Shown here: piece after piece, positions 9,390-14,653 of the stretch
How the letters are laid out: each line of letters starts with the position of its first letter
How positions within the stretch are numbered: position 1 is the stretch's first letter
From: an uncultured Fibrobacterales bacterium
GTDB lineage: Bacteria > Fibrobacterota > Fibrobacteria > Fibrobacterales > CAWVXU01
Direction: 5' to 3'
Assembly: GCA_963934255.1 (NCBI GenBank)
Contig: CAWVXU010000066.1
Coordinates: 1 to 14,653, forward strand
DNA: 14,653 bases
Notes under the pieces: generated by a model
The model's input: only the letters and a program-made list of their open reading frames with translations
Databases searched by the model: none
Told to the model about the DNA's origin: nothing
Program-made: the position numbers and the translations under genes

Positions 9390-9430
9390 TGAGCACTCCG
9401 TCAGTAAGATCTAAATTTCATAGGGGAGCG

Positions 9431-9438
9431 CAAAGATA
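9431..9438 (-). promoter_or_regulatory. Putative TAnnTTTG (-7 type) promoter element for xpb
   Basis: The minus strand reads TATCTTTG(C) in the 60-nt gap between the phosphatase stop and the xpb TTG, 41 nt upstream of the start. Confidence 0.45.
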
Positions 9439-9449
9439 ATAAAATATGA

Positions 9450-10982
9450 TTACAAATCTATTATCATTAATGTTAAGTCATCGGCAAAGGCTTGGCCTTG
9501 GCGATGATTATCCACAGCTAGAAGGATTTTATCAAGAGAATCCTGACAATTATTGTCCCTACTTAGTTCACAACATTCTTGAAATGCTTCCATTTCAAAC
9601 TGAATGGAGTCGGCGTTCATCGCCTCTGTAACCCCATCTGTATATAAAACCAGACGGGTGTCAGGGGCTAAAGTTACTCTGCGGTCTTCAGCCATCATGT
9701 CTTCAACAGCGCCGACAAATATATTTGTAGATTCAAGACGAAAAGCTTTAGATTCTTTTTCCATCATGAGGATAGGATTATGGCCTGCATTACAATATTC
9801 TAATTCTCGATTGCTTTCATCGTATATACCAAAGAAACAGGTCACAAAATGATCTGAATTGACGTCATCTAATAGGATCTGATTAATGCGAGTGAGTATT
9901 TGTGAGGGTGTTGCTAGTCCTTTTGAGAATGTTTTAATTAACACTTTAAACATTGACATAATGAGCCCAGCAGAAACTCCATGCCCTGATACATCAGCGA
10001 TCAAAAGAACTGTTCTTGTTTCATCTATTTCAAAACAGTCGTAATAGTCTCCACCTACTTTAGAGGCGGGGACATAAAAAGCGGCAACATCATTAATTGA
10101 GCGCTCGGGGAAAATAGTAGGAAGTAAGGCATTTTGAATTTTATGAGCTTTGTTTAGTTCTCTTAAGTTTTCAGCATTCGTTGTTTCAAGGATGCCATTA
10201 GCTGCTTCAAGTTGGATAAAAGAGTCCTTTAATTGCTTTTGAGCCTGAAAATTCTCTAAGATTAGCCCTGTATGAACTAAAACTGAATTGACAACGGTGA
10301 CTTGATCCGATGTGATGCTCGGGGTAGTACTCAGGTCAATTAATAAGACACCAAAACACTTGAAGGCACTACATTTGAGTGATTTTTTGCGGAATTCATC
10401 TTCGGTAAGGCCTTCAAAGCTCTGAATATAAGCGGCATCAGCCCACCAGCTGGGATTTGTTGCGTTTTGACAAAGACAAGAGTTGTCTTGGCATTTGATA
10501 ACAGAGCCGTCTTCCTGGAAGACTCTAGCCATAATCGGAAATAAGATGTATTTGTCACATCCGCAGAGCTTAAAAGGGTCGTCGTCTGTCGGTGCATCTA
10601 CAATAATATGTCGATTGAGGAAAATAGCATCTGAATATTGACCGTCTAGAAAGTTGAGTCCAAAATGTTGATTTTGAAATTGAGCGGCAGCAAAGCCAGT
10701 TGAATGGAGAATATCCAAGCAAAATTTAGCCGGGTTCACGGTAAACACAGCGACATTTTCAAAATTCATCATATCCCGCAGTCCAAGGCCAAGCGATTGA
10801 CAAACTCCTTGAATGTGACGTGCTGAACCAATGACATTATTTATTTCATGAGCAATAGAAAAACTAAGAAGCTGCTTTCTGAGCAGTTCTTCCCGTAATT
10901 CTGGGCTAAATGAGTTGGTTTCTTTTGATTTAGCCATATTATTACTGTTCAAGCTGTAATGTGAACCCCTATTTTGATGCAT
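9450..10982 (-). CDS. GAF-domain SpoIIE/RsbU-type PP2C protein phosphatase, up to 510 aa (true start may be the ATG at 10937)
   Basis: C-terminal SpoIIE motifs VGGDYYD, IADVSGHGVSAG, YCNAGHNP, LYTDGVTEA and DDLTL, with an AHKIQNALLP coiled-coil lead-in. The N-terminal region has a GAF-like pattern (YILFPI...FGVLLID...GLILEN). Confidence 0.9.
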   Translation of the reverse strand: MHQNRGSHYSLNSNNMAKSKETNSFSPELREELLRKQLLSFSIAHEINNVIGSARHIQGVCQSLGLGLRDMMNFENVAVFTVNPAKFCLDILHSTGFAAAQFQNQHFGLNFLDGQYSDAIFLNRHIIVDAPTDDDPFKLCGCDKYILFPIMARVFQEDGSVIKCQDNSCLCQNATNPSWWADAAYIQSFEGLTEDEFRKKSLKCSAFKCFGVLLIDLSTTPSITSDQVTVVNSVLVHTGLILENFQAQKQLKDSFIQLEAANGILETTNAENLRELNKAHKIQNALLPTIFPERSINDVAAFYVPASKVGGDYYDCFEIDETRTVLLIADVSGHGVSAGLIMSMFKVLIKTFSKGLATPSQILTRINQILLDDVNSDHFVTCFFGIYDESNRELEYCNAGHNPILMMEKESKAFRLESTNIFVGAVEDMMAEDRRVTLAPDTRLVLYTDGVTEAMNADSIQFEMEAFQECCELSRDNNCQDSLDKILLAVDNHRQGQAFADDLTLMIIDL

Positions 10983-11029
10983 ATCCTACTATATTTTAAC
11001 CCAAAATACCCTAAAAATGAGATAATTTT

Positions 11030-11761
11030 ATGCCAGGACTAAATAATTTTCAAGAAGACACCTACGAAGACCGTTTTCAATCTTCATTTAAAGGCTTCCT
11101 AGATCGTTTCATTACTGAGACTGTTCCTAAAAACAAGAACATAATTTTTGCTTTAATTCTTTTTATTATAGGTGGAATTTATTGGTCTAGCACAAATGGT
11201 GCTTCCAATGATGCTAAAATTCAAACCCAAAGAGATGAACTTGGTAAAGCACTTATCCTAGGCGACCAAGGCAAACTAAAAGAACAAGCGGCTGCTTTTG
11301 ATATTTTTCTTGCCAAATCGGGTAACAATGAAATTATTCAAGCTAAAGCATCCCTTTATCGCGCCAACCTTCATTATTCTGAAGCTGAGTATGATAAAGC
11401 GCTTGATATGTACTCACAAGTATTGATATTATCTGGCAATCAGCCAATTTTATCTTCAGCTGCTGAACTAGGTGCTGCATCAACTCAGATTCAATTGAAA
11501 AAATATGAAGTTGCAAAAACGGCACTCAAGGCCTTTATAGTGAAGTATTCACAAAGATCCGAGGACCCAGCTATTCGCCTTCGCGCAAATGCTAAAGATG
11601 ATATTATACCGACGGTACCAAGTGCTATGTGGAAACTTGCTCTCGTTCAAAAAGAATTAGGTGATATCACTGCTGCTAAAGAGCTTTGTGCTAAAATCAT
11701 CAATGTTTATGGTGATTCAAACGAGTCCAAACAAGCTGCACGTTTAGTGGAGACTCTCTAA
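11030..11761 (+). CDS. Membrane-anchored tetratricopeptide-repeat protein (YfgM/CpoB-like), 243 aa
   Basis: Single N-terminal hydrophobic segment IIFALILFIIGGIYW, followed by TPR-like helical pairs (ASLYRANLHYSEAEYDKALDMY; AMWKLALVQKELGDITAAKELCAKIINVYGDS). Confidence 0.8.
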   Translation: MPGLNNFQEDTYEDRFQSSFKGFLDRFITETVPKNKNIIFALILFIIGGIYWSSTNGASNDAKIQTQRDELGKALILGDQGKLKEQAAAFDIFLAKSGNNEIIQAKASLYRANLHYSEAEYDKALDMYSQVLILSGNQPILSSAAELGAASTQIQLKKYEVAKTALKAFIVKYSQRSEDPAIRLRANAKDDIIPTVPSAMWKLALVQKELGDITAAKELCAKIINVYGDSNESKQAARLVETL

Positions 11762-11773
11762 CCGAGAGACCTC

Positions 11774-13720
11774 ATGTCCGGCTTTAAGCTACACTCAAAT
11801 TACCAATTAGCGGGCGACCAACCAGGTGCGCTCCGTCAATTGTTACAATCCTACAAAGATGGTGATCAATACCAAACTTTAATGGGAGTGACGGGTTCTG
11901 GTAAGACCTTTACCATGGCTAACTTGATTACAGAACTTGAAAAACCTACCTTAATATTGACTCATAACAAAACTCTGGCAGCTCAACTTTATCAAGAGTT
12001 CAAAGAGTTTTTCCCCGAAAATGCAGTCGAATATTTCGTCTCTTATTATGACTATTATCAGCCCGAAGCTTATATGGTGACAAGTGATACTTTTATTGAA
12101 AAAGATGCTGGAATAAATGACGAAATAGAAAAACTTCGGATGCGCACAACTGCAAGTTTACTGACTCGTCGCGATGTCATTGTTGTGGCGTCAGTGAGTT
12201 GTATTTATGGATTGGGCGATCCAGTTGAATATCGTGCGATGATGCTCCCTCTACATGTGGGTCAAGAGATTGATCGTAATGACATATTGCGCAAACTAGT
12301 TGAGATCCAATACACGAGAAATGATATGGAGCTCGGCCGTGGAAATTTTCGTGTCAGAGGTGATGTTGTAGAAATCCACCCAGCTTACGATGACTATGCC
12401 TATCGCATTGAAATGTTCGGTGATGAAATTGAAAAACTTTCCAAAATTCATATTCTCACAGGTAAAAGAATTGATGGTGAAGAACAAATTGTCATTGCAC
12501 CAGCAAGACACTTTGTGACACGTGAAGAAAACATGGCACGCGCTGTACTGACTATTAGACAAGAATTAGAAGTTCGCTTACTTGATTTAAGAACTCAAGA
12601 CAAACTTCTCGAGGCTCAACGATTAGAGTCTCGAACAAATTATGATATTGAAATGTTACTTGAAACAGGCTTTTGTAGTGGAATAGAAAACTATTCACGA
12701 ATTATGGAAGATCGCGCTCCTGGTAGTCGACCAAATACTTTGTTTGATTTTTTTGGAGATGACTTCCTTATGGTGGTTGATGAGTCACACGCTTCCTTGC
12801 CTCAGGTTGGTGGAATGTACAATGGTGATCGTGCTCGGAAAACAAATTTGGTGGAGTATGGATTTAGATTGCCATGTGCGATGGATAATCGTCCGATGAA
12901 ATTTGACGAATTTGTATCAGTTCACCCCAAGCAAGTTCTTTATGTCTCAGCGACTCCAGGCGATTATGAGCTTGAACAAACAGGCGGCGTTATAGTCGAG
13001 CAAGTTATTCGGCCAACTGGGCTTCTAGACCCATTAATTGAAGTTCACCCTATCCATGGACAAATAGATCACCTGATTGATAATATCAATGAAGTAATAA
13101 GTAAAGACCAGCGGGTGTTAGTAACGACTCTTACAAAAAAAATGTCAGAAGATTTGACAGATTATTTACTCGGAATGGATATTAAAGTTCGGTATTTACA
13201 TTCAGATATTAAGACCTTAGAACGTGCTGAAATTATTCGAGATTTAAGAAAAGGCGTGTTCGACGTATTAGTGGGAATTAATCTTTTAAGAGAAGGATTA
13301 GATCTACCTGAAGTCTCTCTGGTGACCATTTTGGATGCAGACAAAGAGGGGTTTTTAAGAAGTTATAGGTCACTGATACAGACGATGGGCCGAGCTGCGA
13401 GAAACTCCAATGGGCGAGTGATATTATATGCCGATCGTATGACTGACTCGATGAAAAAAGCAATGGACGAGACTGTTCGACGACGTGAAATCCAGCATGA
13501 TCACAATCTGAAACACGGCATTACACCCACCTCAACGACCCGTAGTATCAGTGATGACATTAAAATTGCTGAACTAGAGACAATTTCTCAGGTAAGCCAA
13601 TCACCTGAAGAACCATTAGAAGACCTAGAGGCTCGTATGCATCAGGCAGCAAGTGAATTAGATTTTGAACAAGCCGCAAAACTCAGAGATGAATTGATGC
13701 GACGTAAATCAGACAAATAA
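11774..13720 (+). CDS. uvrB: Excinuclease ABC subunit B, 648 aa
   Basis: GDQP, Walker A GVTGSGKT, beta-hairpin [40 protein letters not shown] and C-terminal UVR domain [17 protein letters not shown]. Confidence 0.99.
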   Translation: MSGFKLHSNYQLAGDQPGALRQLLQSYKDGDQYQTLMGVTGSGKTFTMANLITELEKPTLILTHNKTLAAQLYQEFKEFFPENAVEYFVSYYDYYQPEAYMVTSDTFIEKDAGINDEIEKLRMRTTASLLTRRDVIVVASVSCIYGLGDPVEYRAMMLPLHVGQEIDRNDILRKLVEIQYTRNDMELGRGNFRVRGDVVEIHPAYDDYAYRIEMFGDEIEKLSKIHILTGKRIDGEEQIVIAPARHFVTREENMARAVLTIRQELEVRLLDLRTQDKLLEAQRLESRTNYDIEMLLETGFCSGIENYSRIMEDRAPGSRPNTLFDFFGDDFLMVVDESHASLPQVGGMYNGDRARKTNLVEYGFRLPCAMDNRPMKFDEFVSVHPKQVLYVSATPGDYELEQTGGVIVEQVIRPTGLLDPLIEVHPIHGQIDHLIDNINEVISKDQRVLVTTLTKKMSEDLTDYLLGMDIKVRYLHSDIKTLERAEIIRDLRKGVFDVLVGINLLREGLDLPEVSLVTILDADKEGFLRSYRSLIQTMGRAARNSNGRVILYADRMTDSMKKAMDETVRRREIQHDHNLKHGITPTSTTRSISDDIKIAELETISQVSQSPEEPLEDLEARMHQAASELDFEQAAKLRDELMRRKSDK

Positions 13721-13733
13721 AGTTTAGGACAAT

Positions 13734-14653
13734 ATGAAAATTTTAATAGCTGGAGCCGGAACTGTCGGCCAAACCCTAGCCGGTAAATTGGTCAAAGAAG
13801 GACATGATGTTATTGTCATGGACTCAAACAGCCATAATTTGAGACAGCTAGAAGAGTACTATGACCTCCAAACAGTCAATGAAAATGCTCTGAATGTGAA
13901 AACCCTCAAACACGTGGGCGTTGAAAATGCTGATTTGGTTATCGCTGTAACAAACTCTGATGCAGATAATGTCATGGTCTGCCATCTCGCCCATAAAATG
14001 GGCGCCAAACGTAAAATTGCTCGAATCAGAAGTGATGGTATTTTTAAAGAACCTGGTGTACTCACAGGGAATAACCTTGGGATTGATGATGTGATTTTTC
14101 CCGAAAAAATGGCATCACAAGATATTTTGAGATTACTACTTAAGCCCTATGCAGTCCAAGGTTTTGAATTTTTGAATACTAAAATTGAAGTACTAGAAAT
14201 GGTTGTTCGACATGGTGATTTATTAGTGGGAAAAACTTTAGTTGACCTCCCTACTTTGAATAAAAAAGTTTTCCGAATCGCATGTATTAAGCGAGGAGAT
14301 GGAGCGTTTATTCCAGGGGCGGAGGATGTTATTGCTGAGGGTGACCACATTTTTGTAGCGGCCCTCGCAGTTGAGCTTGAGGATGTTATTCAGGAATTAG
14401 GTTTTGAAGTAAAGCCAATCGAGAAAGTATTCATTTTTGGTGGAACAAATATTGGAATGGATTTGGCTTTAAGCCTAGAAGAGTCGCAGATCAAAGTATC
14501 AATCGTTGATCCATCTCGCAGTAAAACGAAAGAAATGGCTTTTCAGCTAAATAACGCCTTAGTGTTACATGGGGACGGAACGGACGCTAATCTTCTTGAA
14601 GGCGAAGGTGTCAGCGAAGCTGAAGTGTTTGTTGCTGTTACAGATGATGAAAA
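13734..14653 (+). CDS. trkA: Trk system potassium uptake regulatory subunit TrkA (two RCK domains), 3'-truncated by the window edge
   Basis: Not in the ORF track; translated by hand. ATG at 13734 after an AGGA RBS gives MKILIAGAGTVGQTLAGKLVKEGHDVIVMD...ADLVIAVTNSDADN...IARIR...LGIDDVIFPE...KVFIFGGTNIG...VLHGDGTD...VFVAVTDDE. The frame is open to the end of the window. Confidence 0.95.
   Translation, partial: MKILIAGAGTVGQTLAGKLVKEGHDVIVMDSNSHNLRQLEEYYDLQTVNENALNVKTLKHVGVENADLVIAVTNSDADNVMVCHLAHKMGAKRKIARIRSDGIFKEPGVLTGNNLGIDDVIFPEKMASQDILRLLLKPYAVQGFEFLNTKIEVLEMVVRHGDLLVGKTLVDLPTLNKKVFRIACIKRGDGAFIPGAEDVIAEGDHIFVAALAVELEDVIQELGFEVKPIEKVFIFGGTNIGMDLALSLEESQIKVSIVDPSRSKTKEMAFQLNNALVLHGDGTDANLLEGEGVSEAEVFVAVTDDE

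Noticed and set aside
88..9419. Identical 10-mer TCTAAATTTC at 88-97 and 9410-9419
   Set aside because: AT-rich 10-mer in different contexts (3' of leuS versus 5' of xpb). Compatible with chance and gives no evidence of an att site.
7707..10982. Helicase plus phosphatase as an anti-phage defence system
   Set aside because: The helicase is a conventional bacterial XPB and the phosphatase is RsbU/SpoIIE-type. There is no kinase, nuclease, methylase or mobility gene, and the flanks are housekeeping genes.
10938..11773. LexA/SOS box upstream of uvrB or xpb
   Set aside because: I saw no match to the E. coli (CTGT-N8-ACAG) or Gram-positive (GAAC-N4-GTTC) boxes in the intergenic stretches, and the box for this lineage is unknown to me.
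1134..14350. The short (60-101 aa) ORFs in the track that overlap the long genes, e.g. 1134-1319, 2807-3025, 4469-4717, 8082-8387, 9604-9852, 12296-12562, 13859-14065, 14147-14350
   Set aside because: They lie antisense to or out of frame within well-supported genes (the last two are antisense to trkA) and show no recognisable motifs. They are shadow ORFs.
1..14653. tRNA, rRNA, CRISPR array, IS element, prophage or frameshifted pseudogene
   Set aside because: Intergenic gaps are all under about 115 nt, no repeat-spacer pattern or transposase/integrase motif was seen, and all long ORFs are intact.

Overview
An AT-rich, gene-dense bacterial chromosome segment that looks like core genome. I found no mobile elements, CRISPR arrays or RNA genes. 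The minus-strand block (10982->97), in transcription order, encodes a GAF + SpoIIE/RsbU-type PP2C phosphatase, a bacterial XPB/Rad25 helicase, a two-gene M16 zinc-peptidase pair (catalytic HXXEH subunit plus non-catalytic lipoprotein), an exported hypothetical protein with a possible START/helix-grip fold, a TrmH/SpoU methyltransferase and leuS. The divergent plus-strand block encodes a membrane-anchored TPR protein, uvrB and trkA (runs off the right edge and is missing from the ORF track). Two intrinsic terminators are visible (13-51 and 7651-7685). LeuRS type, TAnnTTTG-like promoter motifs and gene content suggest an FCB-group bacterium, possibly Fibrobacterota; this is inference. I see no clear novel multi-gene system. 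The best leads are the Cys-rich insert in the phosphatase GAF domain, XPB lying near uvrB without its usual partner gene, the exported START-like orphan behind the M16 pair, and a long insertion in the LeuRS editing domain.
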